DNA from: Bugula neritina
Lineage: Eukaryota; Animalia; Bryozoa
NCBI GenBank assembly: GCA_964035545.1
Contig: OZ037770.1
Span: 7,248,027-7,312,026, forward strand
Direction of reading: 5' to 3'
Length of the DNA stretch: 64,000 nt
Both the position numbers and the translations under genes were made by a program. Below, in pieces: positions 51,901 through 64,000 of the stretch (the stretch's first letter is position 1; every line of letters starts with the position of its first letter). The notes beneath the pieces are model-generated. The model saw only the letters and a program-made list of their open reading frames with translations. It made no database searches and was not told the DNA's origin.

Positions 51901-54900
51901 GTGTGTTGCAGTGTATTTCAGTATGTTGCCGAGTGTTTCAGTATGTTGCAGTATGTTTTAGTATGTTACAGTATATTTCAGTATGTTGCAGTGTAATTCA
52001 GTATGTTACAGTATATTTCAGTAGTTTACCATAAATTCCGGTATGTTGCAGTATAATTGAATGTGTTGCAGTGTATTTCAATATGTTACAGTGTTTTTCA
52101 GTATATTTCAATATCTTGCTTTGTAATTCAGTATGTTGCAGTATATTTCAGTAGGTTGTCGTATGTTTCAGCATTTTACAGTACGTTTCTGTATATTACA
52201 GTATAATTGAATGTGTTGCAGTGTATTTCAATATGTTACACTGTATTTCAGTAACTTGCAGTATGCTGCAGTGTAATTATGCATGTTACAGTACATTTCA
52301 GCATGTTGACGTATGTTTCAGTATGTTACAGTACATTTCTGTATATTACAGTCTTCTTCAGTGTGTTGCAGTGTATTTCAGTATGCTACAGCATATTTGA
52401 CTATGTTGCAGTATATTTCAATGTGTTGCAGTGTTTTTCAATATGTTACAGTGTATTTCAGTATGTTGCAGTATGTTGCAGTGTTAATCAGTATGTTACA
52501 GTGTATTTCAGTATGTTGTAGTATATTTCAGTATGTTGCAGTATATTTCAGTAGGTTGTCGTATGTTTCAGCATTTTACAGTACGTTTCTGTATATTACA
52601 GTATAATTGAATGTGTTGCAGTGTATTTCAATATGTTACACTGTATTTCAGTAACTTGCAGTATGCTGCAGTGTAATTATGCATGTTACAGTACATTTCA
52701 GCATGTTGACAGATGTTTCAGTATGTTACAGTACATTTCTGTATATTACAGTCTTCTTCAGTGTGTTGCAGTGTATTTCAGTATGCTACAGCATATTTGA
52801 CTATGTTGCAGTATATTTCAATGTGTTGCAGTGTTTTTCAATATGTTACAGTGTATTTCAGTATGTTGCAGTATGTTGCAGTGTTAATCAGTATGTTACA
52901 GTGTATTTCAGTATGTTGTAGTATATTTCAGCATGGTGCAGTACATTTCAGTATGTTGACGTATGTTTCAGTATGTTACAGTATATTTCTGTATATTACA
53001 GTATACTCCAGTAAATTTCAGTATGCTACAGCATATTTCAGTATGTTGCAGTATATTTCAATGTGTTGCAGTATATTTCAGTGTTTTGCCGAATGTATCA
53101 GTATGTTGCAGTATATTTCAATGTGTTGCAGTGTATATCAATATGTTACAGTGTATTTCGGTAGGTTGCGGTCTATTTCAGTATGTTACAACATATTTCA
53201 GTGTGTTGCAGTATGTTGCAGTATATTCCAGTATGTTACAGTATATTTCAGTATGTTACAGTACATTTCCGTATATTACACTATATTTCAGTGAGTTGAG
53301 GTGTATTTCAGTGTGCTAGAGCATATTTTAGTATGATGCAGTGTTTTTCAATGTGTTACAGTATATTTCAGTATATTACCGTATATTTAGGTGTGTTGCA
53401 GTATATTTCACTGTGTTGCAGCGTATTTCAATATGTTACAGTGTATTTAGGTATGTTGCAGTATGTTGCAGGATATTTCAGTATGTTGCAGTATATTTCA
53501 GTACGTCGAAGTATGTTTCAGTGTGTTGCAGTATATTTCAATGTGTTGCAGTGTATTTCAATATGTTACAGTGTAATTCAGTATGTTGCAGTATGTTGCA
53601 GTATGTTGCAGTGTATTTCAGTATGTTACAGTGGATTTCGGTACGTTGCAGTATTTTGCAGTATATTTCAGTGTGTTGCAGTGTATTTCAGTATGTTGCC
53701 GAGTGTTTCAGTATGTTGCAGTATGTTTTAGTATGTTACAGTATATTTCAGTATGTTGCAGTGTAATTCAGTATGTTACAGTATATTTCAGTAGTTTACC
53801 ATAAATTTCGGTATGTTGCAGTATAATTGAATGTGTTGCAGTGTATTTCAATATGTTACAGTGTATTTCAATATCTTTCAGTATGTTGCTGTGTAATTCG
53901 GTATGTTGCAGAATATTTCAGTAGGTTGTCGTATGTGTCAGCATTTTACAGTACATTTCTGTATATTACAGTATAATTGAATGTGTTGCAGTGTATTTCA
54001 ATATGTTACAGTGTATTTCAGTATGTTGCAGTATGCTGCAGTGTAATTATGCATGTTGCAGTACATTTCAGCATGTTGACGTATGTTTCAGTATGTTACA
54101 GTACATTTCTGTATATTACAGTCTACTCCAGTGTGTTGCAGTGTATTTCAGTATGCTACAGCATATTTCACTATCTTGCAGTATATTTCAATGTCTCGCA
54201 GTATATGTCAGTATGTTGTCGTATGTTTCAGTATTTTACAGTACATTTCTGTATATTACAGTATATTTCAGTCTGTTGCAGTGTATTTCAGTATGTTGCA
54301 GTATGTTGCAGTGTAATTCAGTATGTTACAGTGTATTTCAGTATGTTGTAGTATATTTCAGCATGGTGCAGTACATTTCAGTATGTTGACGTATGTTTCA
54401 GTATGTTACAGTACATTTCTGTATATTACAGTATACTCCAGTGTATTTCAGTATGCTACAGCATATTTCAGTATGTTGCAGTATATTTCAATGTGTTGCA
54501 GTATATTTCAGTGTTTTGCCGAATGTATCAGTATGTTGCAGTATATTTCAATGTGTTGCAGTGTATATCAATATGTTACAGTGTATTTCGGTAGATTGCG
54601 GTCTATTTCAGTATGTTACAGCATATTTCAGTGTGTTGCAGTATGTTGCAGTATATTCCAGTATGTTACAGTATATTTCAGTATGTTACAGTACATTTCC
54701 GTATATTACACTATATTTCAGTGAGTTGAGGTGTATTTCAGTGTGCTAGAGCATATTTCAGTATGATGCAGTGTTTTTCAATGTGTTACAGTATATTTCA
54801 GTATATTACCGTATATTTAGGTGTGTTGCAGTATATTTCACTGTGTTGCAGTGTATTTCAATATGTTACAGTGTATTTCAGTATGTTGCAGTATGTTGCA

Positions 54901-55340
54901 GGATATTTCAGTATGTTGCAGTATATTTCAGTATGTCGAAGTATGTTTCAGTGTGTTGCAGTATATTTCAATGTGTTGCAGTGTATTTCAATATGTTACA
55001 GTGTAATTCAGTATGTTGCAGTATGTTGCAGTATGTTGCAGTGTATTTCAGTATGTTACAGTGGATTTCGGTACGTTGCAGTATTTTGCAGTATATTTCA
55101 GTGTGTTGCAGTGTATTTCAGTATGTTGCCGAGTGTTTCAGTATGTTGCAGTATGTTTTAGTATGTTACAGTATATTTCAGTATGTTGCAGTGTAATTCA
55201 GTATGTTACAGTATATTTCAGTAGTTTGCCATAATTTTCGGTATGTTGCAGTATAATTGAATGTGTTGCAGTGTATTTCAATATGTTACAGTGTATTTCA
55301 ATATATTTCAGTATGTTGCTGTGTAATTCGGTATGTTGCA
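48941..55340. repeat. 3200-bp duplication with nested 400-bp and 1430-bp repeats
   Basis: 48941/52141 and 50133/53333 match (3200); 49079/49479 (400); 50133/51563 (1430). Confidence 0.88.
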
Positions 55341-58300
55341 GTATATTTCAGTAGGTTGTCGTATGTGTCAGCATTTTACAGTACATTTCTGTATATTACA
55401 GTATAATTGAATGTGTTGCAGTGTATTTCAATATGTTACAGTGTATTTCAGTGTGTTGCAGTATGTTGCAGTATATTTCAGTATGTTACAGTATATTTCC
55501 GTATGTTACAGTACATTTCCGTATATTACTCTATATTTCAGGGAGTTGAGGTGTATTTCAGTGTGCTAGAGCATATTTCAGTATGGTGCAGTGTTTTTCA
55601 ATGTGTTACAGTATATTTCAGTATATTACCGTATATTTAGGTATGTTGCTGTTTATTCCAATGTGTTGCAGTGTATTTCATTATGTTACAGTGTATTTCA
55701 GCATGTTGCAGCATGTTGCAGAATATTTCAGTATGTTGCAGTGTATTTCAGTATGTTGCAGTATGTTTCAGTATGTTAAAACATAATTCGGTATTTTGCC
55801 GTACATTTCAGTGTGTTACAGTATACTTCGGTATGTTACAGTATGTTTCGGTATGTTCCAGTATATTTCAGTATGTTTCAGTATGTTTCAGTATGTTTCA
55901 GTGTGTTGCAGTATATTTCACTGTGTTGCAGTGTATTTCAATATGTTACAGTGTATTTCAGTATGTTGCAGTGTGATTCAGTATGTTACAGTATATTTCA
56001 GTATGTTGTCATATGTATCAGTATGTTACACCATAATTCAGTATTTCTTCCGTATATTTCAGTGTGTTACAGTATATTTCATTATGTTGCAGTATGTTTC
56101 GGTATGTTCCAGTATAATTCAGTATGTTTCTCAATGTTTCAGTATTATTTCAGTATGTTACAGTACATGTCCGTATATTACGATATACTTCGATATGTTG
56201 CAGTATATTCCAGTATTTTGCAGTATGTTTCAGTGTGTTGCAGTGTATTTCAATATGTTACAGTTTATTTCAGTATGTTGCAGTCTATTTCAGTTTGTTA
56301 CAGTGTAGTTCAGTATGTTGCAGTATGTTGCAGTATGTTGCAGTATATTTAAGTATGTTACAGTATATTGCAGTATGTTAAAGTACATTTCCGGATATTA
56401 CACTATATTTCAGTGAGTTGCAGTGTATTTCAGTGTCCTGCAGCATATTTCAGTACGGTGCAGTGTTTTTCAATATGTTACAGTATGTTTTACTATATTA
56501 CTGTATGTTTAGGTATGTTGCAGTTTATTATAATGTGTTGCAGTGTATTTCATTATGTTACAGTGTATTTCAGTATGTTGCAGTATGTTGCAGGATATTT
56601 CAGTGTGTTGCAGTATATTTTAATGTGTTGCAGTGTAATTCAATATGTTACAGTGTAATTCAGTATGTTGCAGTATGTTGCAGTATGTTGCAGTGTATTT
56701 CAGTATGTTACAGTGGATTTCGGTAGGTTGCAGTATTTTGCAGTATATTTCAGTGTGTTGCAGTATATTTCAGTATGTTGCCGAGTGTTTCAGTATGTTG
56801 CAGTATGTTGCAGTATGTTACGGTATATTTCAGTATGTTGCAGTGTAATTCAGTATGTTACGGTATATTTCAGTAGTTTACCATAAATTCCGGTATGTTG
56901 CAGTATAATTGAATGTTTTGCAGTGTATTTCAATATGTTACAGTGTATTTCAGTATATTTCAGTATGTCGCTGTGTAATTCAGTATGTTGCAGTATATTT
57001 CAGTAAGTTGTCGTATGTTTCAGCATTTTACAGTACATTTCTGTATATTACAGTATAATTGAATGTGTTGCAATGTATTTCAATATGTTACAGTGTATTT
57101 CAGTATGTTGCAGTATGCTGCAGTGTAATTATGCATGTTGCAGTACATTTCAGTATGTTGACGTATGTTTCAGTATGTTACAGTACATTTCTGTATATTA
57201 CAGTCTACTCCAGTGTGTTGCAGTGTATTTCAGTATGCTACAGCATAATATTTCACTTTGTTGCAGTATATTTCAATGTCTCGCAGTATATTTCAGTATG
57301 GTTCAGTATGTTTCAGTGTGTTGCAGTATATTTCAATGTGTTGCAGTGTTTTTCAATATGTTGCAGTGTATTTCAGTATGTGATAGTGTATTTCAGTATG
57401 TTGAGTGTTATTGGGTATGTTGCAGTATATTTCAGTATGTTGTTGTATGTTTCAGTATTTTACAGTACATTTCTGTATATTACAGTATCTTTCAGTCTGT
57501 TGCAGTGTATTTCAGTATGTTGCAGTATGTTGCAGTGTTTTTCAATGTGTTACAGTATATTTCAGTATATTACCGTAAACTTAGGTATGTTGCAGTTTAT
57601 TCCAATGTGTTGCAGTTCATTTCAGTATGTTACATTGTATTTCAGTATGTGACAGTTTGTTGCAGTTTATTTCAGTAGGTTGAAGTATATTTCAGTATGT
57701 TGCAGTATGTTTCAGTATGTTACAACATAATTCAGTATTTTGCCGTATATTTCAGTGTGTTACAGTATATTTCATTATGTTGCAGTATGTTTCGGTATGT
57801 TCCAGTATAATTCAGTATGTAACCATAAATTTCGGTTTGTGGCAGTATATTTCAGTATGTTGCAGTACATTTCAGTATGTTGCCGTATGTTTCGGTATGT
57901 TCCAGTATAATTCAGTATGTTTCTCAATGTTTCAGTATATTTCAGTATGTTACAGTACATGTCCGTATATTACGATATACTTCGATATGTTGCAGTATGT
58001 TTCAGTATTTTGCAGTATGTTTCAGTGTGTTGCAGCCTATTTCAATATGTTACAGTTTATTTCAGTATGTTGCAGTCTATTTCAGTTTGTTACAGTGTAG
58101 TTCAGTATGTTGCAGTATGTTGCAGTATGTTGCAGTATATTTAAGTATGTTACAGTATATTGCAGTATGTTACAGTACATTTCCGTATATTACACTATAT
58201 TTCAGTGAGTTGCAGTGTATTTCAGTGTGCTGCAGCATATTTCAGTATGGTGCAGTGTTTTTCAATATGTTACAGTATGTTTCACTATATTACTGTATAT

Positions 58301-61300
58301 TTAGGTATGTTGCAGTTTATTATAATGTGTTGCAGTGTATTTCATTATGTTACAGTGTATTTCAGTATGTTGCAGTATGTTGCAGGATATTTCAGTATGT
58401 TGCAGTATATTTCAGTATGTTGAAGTATGTTTCAATGTGTTGCAGTGTATTTTAATATGTTACAGTGTAATTCAGTATGTTGCAGTATGCTGCAGTATGT
58501 TGCAGTGTATTTCAGTATGTTACAGTGGATTTCGGTATGTTGCAGTATGTTGCAGGATATTTCAGTGTGTTGCAGTATATTTTAATGTGTTGCAGTGTAA
58601 TTCAATATGTTACAGTGTAATTCAGTATGTTGCAGTATGTTGCAGTATGTTGCAGTGTATTTCAGTATGTTACAGTGGATTTCGGTAGGTTGCAGTATTT
58701 TGCAGTATATTTCAGTGTGTTGCAGTATATTTCAGTATGTTGCCGAGTGTTTCAGTATGTTGCAGTATGTTGCAGTATGTTACAGTATATTTCACTATGT
58801 TGCAGTGTAATTCAGTATGTTACGGTATATTTCAGTAGTTTACCATAAATTCCGGTATGTTGCAGTATAATTGAATGTGTTGCAGTGTATTTCAATATGT
58901 TACAGTGTATTTCAGTATATTTCAGTATGTTGCTGTGTAATTCAGTATGTTGCAGTATATTTCAGTAGGTTGTCGTATGTTTCAGCATTTTACAGTACAT
59001 TTCTGTATATTACAGTATAATTGAATGTGTTGCAATGTATTTCAATATGTTACAGTGTATTTCAGTATGTTGCAGTATGCTGCAGTGTAATTATGCATGT
59101 TGCAGTACATTTCAGTATGTTGACGTATGTTTCAGTATGTTACAGTACATTTCTGTATATTACAGTCTACTCCAGTGTGTTGCAGTGTATTTCAGTATGC
59201 TACAGCATAATATTTCAGTATGCTGCAGTATATTTCAATGTCTCGCAGTGTATTTCAGTATGTTTCAGTATGTTTCAGTGTGTTGCAGTATATTTCAATG
59301 TGTTGCAGTATTTTTCAATATGTTACAGTGTATTTCAGTATGTTGCAGTTTGTTGCAGTGTATTTCAGTATGTGACAGTGTATTTCAGTATGTTGCAGTG
59401 TGTTGCAGTATGTTGCAGGGTATTTCAGTATGTTACAGTGGATTTCGGTATGTTGCAGTATTTTGCAGTATATTTCAGTGTGTTGCAGTAAATTTCAGTA
59501 TGTTGCCGAGTGTTTCAGTATGTTGCAGTATGTTTTAGTATGTTACAGTATATTTCAGTATGTTGCAGTGTAATTCAATATGTTACAGTATATCTCAGTA
59601 GTTTACCATAAATTCCGGTATGTCGCAGTATGATTGAATGTGTTGCAGTGTATTTCAATATGTTACAGTGTAATTCTGTATGTTGCAGTATGTTGCAGTA
59701 TGTTGCAGTATATTTCAGCATGTTAAAGTGTATCTCAGTATGTTGTAGTATGTTGCAGTGTATTTCAGTATGTTGCAGTGTATTCCAGTGTGCTACACAA
59801 TATTTCAGTATGTTGCAGTGTTTTTCAATGTGTTACAGTATATTTCAGTATATTACCGTAAATTTAGGTATGTTGCAGTTTATTCCAATGTGTCGCAGTT
59901 CTTTTAAGTATGTTACAGTGTATTTCAATATGTTGCAGTATGTTGCAGTGTAATTCAGTATGTTACAGTGTATTTCAGTATGTTGCAGTCTATTTCAGTA
60001 TGTTACAGCGTATTTCAGTATGTTGCAGTATGTTTCAGTATTTTACAGTACATTTCTGTATATTACAGTATATTTCAGTCTGTTGCAGTGCATTTCAGCA
60101 TGTTGCAGTATGTTGCAGTGTAATTCAGTATGTTACAGTGTATTTCAGTATGTTGTAGTATATTTCATCACGTTGCAGTACATTTCAGTATGTTGACGTA
60201 TGTTTCTGTATGTTACAGTACATTTCTGTATATTACAGTATACTTCAGTGTATTTCAGTATGCTACAGCATATTTCAGTATGTTGCAGTATATTTCAGTA
60301 GGTTGAAGTATATTTCAGTATGTTGCAGTATGTTCCAGTATAATTCAGTATGTTTCCCAATGTTTCAGTATATTTCAGTATGTTACAGCACATGTCCGTA
60401 TATTACGATATACTTCGATATGTTGCAGTATGTTTCAGTATTTTGCAGTATGTTTCAGTGTGTTGCAGCCTATTTCAATATGTTACAGTTTATTTCAGTA
60501 TGTTGCAGTCTATTTCAGTTTGTTACAGTGTAGTTCAGTATGTTGCAGTATGTTGCAGTATGTTGCAGTATATTTAAGTATGTTACAGTATATTGCAGTA
60601 TGTTACAGTACATTTCCGTATATTACACTATATTTCAGTGAGTTGCAGTGTATTTCAGTGTGCTGCAGCATATTTCAGTATGGTGCAGTGTTTTTCAATA
60701 TGTTACAGTATGTTTCACTATATTACTGTATATTTAGGTATGTTGCAGTTTATTATAATGTGTTGCAGTGTATTTCTTTATGTTACAGTGTATTTCAGTA
60801 TGTTGCAGTATATTTCAGTGTGTTGCAGTATATTTTAATGTGTTGCAGTGTAATTCAATATGTTACAGTGTAATTCAGTATGTTGCAGTATGTTGCAGTA
60901 TGTTGCAGTGTATTTCAGTATGTTACAGTGGATTTCGGTAGGTTGCAGTATTTTGCAGTATATTTCAGTGTGTTGCAGTATATTTTAATGTGTTGCAGTG
61001 TAATTCAATATGTTACAGTGTAATTCAGTATGTTGCAGTATGTTGCAGTATGTTGCAGTGTATTTCAGTATGTTACAGTGGATTTCGGTAGGTTGCAGTA
61101 TTTTGCAGTATATTTCAGTGTGTTGCAGTATATTTCAGTATGTTGCCGAGTGTTTCAGTATGTTGCAGTATGTTGCAGTATGTTACAGTATATTTCAGTA
61201 TGTTGCAGTGTAATTCAGTATGTTACGGTATATTTCAGTAGTTTACCATAAATTCCAGTATGTTGCAGTATAATGGAATGTGTTGCAGTGTATTTCAATA

Positions 61301-64000
61301 TGTTACAGTGTATTTCAGTATATTTCAGTATGTCGCTGTGTAATTCAGTATGTTGCAGTATATTTCAGTAGGTTGTCGTATGTTTCAGCATTTTACAGTA
61401 CATTTCTGTATATTACAGTATAATTGAATGTGTTGCAATGTATTTCAATATGTTACAGTGTATTTCAGTATGTTGCAGTATGCTGCAGTGTAATTATGCA
61501 TGTTGCAGTACATTTCAGTATGTTGACGTATGTTTCAGTATGTTACAGTACATTTCTGTATATTACAGTCTACTCCAGTGTGTTGCAGTGTATTTCAGTA
61601 TGCTACAGCATAATATTTCACTATGTTGCAGTATATTTCAATGTCTCGCAGTATATTTCAGTATGTTTCAGTGTGTTGCAGTATATTTCAATGTGTTGCA
61701 GTGTTTTTCAATATGTTACAGTGTATTTCAGTATGTTGCAGTTTGTTGCAGTGTATTTCAGTATGTGACAGTGTATTTCAGTATGTTGCAGTGTGATTGG
61801 GTATGTTGCAGTATATTTTGGTATGTTGTCGTATGTTTCATTATTTTACAGGACATTTCTCTATATTACAGTATATTTCAGTCTGTTGCAGTGTATTTCA
61901 GTATGTTGCAGTAAGTTGCAGTGTAATTCAGTATGTTACAGTGTATTTCAGTATGTTGTAGTATGTTTCAGCATGTTGCAGTACATTTCAGTATGTTGAC
62001 GTATGTTTCAGTATGTTACAGTACATTTCTGTATATTACAGTATACTTCAGGGTATTTCAGTATGCTACAGCATATTTCAGTATGTTGCAGTATATTTCA
62101 ATATGTTGCAGTATATTTCGGTATTTTGCCGAATGTTTCAGTATATTGCAGTATATTTCAATGTGTTGCAGTGTTATTCAATATGTTACAGTGTATTTCG
62201 GTATGTTGCGGTCTATTTCAGTATGTTACAGCGTATTTCAGTGTGTTGCAGTATGTTGCAGTATTTTTCAGTATGTTACAGTATATTTTAGTATGTTCCA
62301 GTACATTTCCGTATATTAAACTATATTTCAGTGAGTTGAGGTGTATTTCAGTGTGCTAGAGCATATTTCAGTATGGTGCAGTGTTTTTCAATGTGTTACA
62401 GTATATTTCAGTATAAAACTGTATATTTAGGTATGTTGCTGTATATTCCAATGTGTTGCAGTGTATTTCAGTATGTTACAGTGTATTTCAGTATGTTGCA
62501 GCATGTTGCAGAATATTTCAGTATGTTGCAGTATATTTCAGTATGTTGCAGTATGTTTCAGTATGTTACAACATAATTCAGTATTTTGCCGTACATTTCA
62601 GTGTGTTACAGTATATTTCGGTATGTTACAGTATGTTTCGGTATGTTCCAGTATATTTCGGTATGTTTCAGTATGTTTCAGTATGTTTCAGTGTGTTGCA
62701 GTATATTTCACTGTGTTGCAGTGTATTTCAATATGTTACAGTGTATTTCAGTATGTTGCAGTGTGATTCAGTATGTTACAGTATATTTCAGTATGTTTTC
62801 GTATGTTTCAGTATTTTACAGTACATTTCTGTATACTACAGTATACTTCAGTGTGTTGCAGTGTAATTCAGTATGTTACAGTGTGTTTCAGTATGTTGCA
62901 GCATTATTCACCATGCTGCAGTACAGTTCAGTATGTTGACGTATGTTTCAGTAGGTTACAGTACATTTCTGTATACTACAATATACTTCAGTGTGTTACA
63001 GTGTATTTAGGTATGTTGCAGTCTATTTCAGTATGTTACAGTGTCTTTCAGTATGTCGCAGTATGTTGCAGTATATTTCAGTATGTTACAGTGTATTTCG
63101 GTATGTTGCAGTATGTTTTAGTAGTTTGCAACATAATTCAGTATGTTACCATAAATTTCGGTTTGTGGCAGTATATTTCAGTATGTTGCAGTACATTTCA
63201 GTATGTTGCCGTATGTTTCGGTATGTTACAGTACGTTTCTGTATATTACAGTATACTTCAGTATGTTACAGTGTATTTCAGTATTTTGCAGTGTGATTCA
63301 CTATGTTGCAGTATATTTCAGTATGTTGTCGTATGTTTCAGAATTTTACAGTACATTTCTGTATATTTCAGCGAGTTGCAGTGTTTTTCAATGTGTTACA
63401 GTATATTTCAGTATATTAACGTAAATTTAGGTATGTTGCAGTTTATTTCAATGTGTTGCAGTTTATTTCAGTATGTTACAGTTTATTTCAGTATGTTGCA
63501 GTATGTTGCAGTATATTTCAGTAGGTTGAGGTATATTTCAGTATGTTGCAGTATGTTTCAGTGTGTTACAACATAATTCAGTATTTTGCCGTATATTTCA
63601 TTGTGTTACAGTATATTTCATTATGTTGCAGTATGTTTCGGTATGTTCCAGTATAATTCAGTATGTTTCTCAATGTTTTAGTACATTTCAGTATGTTACA
63701 GTACATGTCCGTATATTACGATATACTTTGATATGTTGCAGTATATTTCAGTATGTTGCAGTATGTTTCGGTGTGTTGCAGTGTATTTTAATATGTTACA
63801 GTGTATTCAGTATGTTGCAGTCTATTTCAGTTTGTTACAGTGTAGTTCAGTATGTTGCAGTATGTTGCAGTATGTTGCAGTATATTTAAGTACGTTACAG
63901 TATATTGCAGTATGTTACAGTACGTTTCCGTATATTGCACTATATTTCAGTGAGTTGCAGTGTATTTCAGTGTGCTACAGCATACTTCAGTATGGTGCAG

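Larger units (their letters stand above)
27094..64000. repeat. 10-bp satellite DNA array (CAGTATGTTG / CAGTATATTT / CAGTATGTTA / CAGTGTATTT variants), >=36.9 kb, runs off the window
   Basis: Uninterrupted decamer periodicity (~3,690 monomers), one orientation throughout, rare phase shifts of +3, +1 and -1. Confidence 0.99.

Noticed and set aside
27045-63889. Hundreds of Cys/Tyr/Val-rich ORFs (MLQYVAVCCS...)
   Set aside because: The decamer lacks stop codons on the + strand and cycles through all three frames, so the same peptide appears in every frame

Overview
Eukaryotic (metazoan-type, strongly divergent and GC-rich) nuclear sequence showing the end of a 45S rDNA tandem array. Bases 1-27096 hold about 2.3 rDNA units on the minus strand: three 18S, two 5.8S and two 28S copies, with 18S-to-18S spacing of 11,900 and 11,801 bp. 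The units have a ~2.05 kb repeat-rich ITS1, a CpG-dense IGS built of 42/32-bp subrepeats, and ~79-bp repeats carrying an ACTATAGG Pol I start-like motif. At 27094-27096 the last unit is cut inside its 5' ETS, about 30 bp short of the promoter-like repeats. It is fused through a GTA microhomology to at least 36.9 kb of AT-rich 10-bp satellite (CAGTATGTTG/CAGTATATTT family) with nested higher-order repeats (about 1614, 730, 2863, 400, 1430 and 3200 bp). No credible protein-coding gene is present; all ORFs are explained by rRNA or repeats. No 5S gene, tRNA, R2 insertion or intron was seen. The most notable points are the promoterless terminal rDNA unit at the satellite junction, the satellite architecture, and copies of conserved 18S motifs inside ITS1. 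I did not find a new protein-based system.
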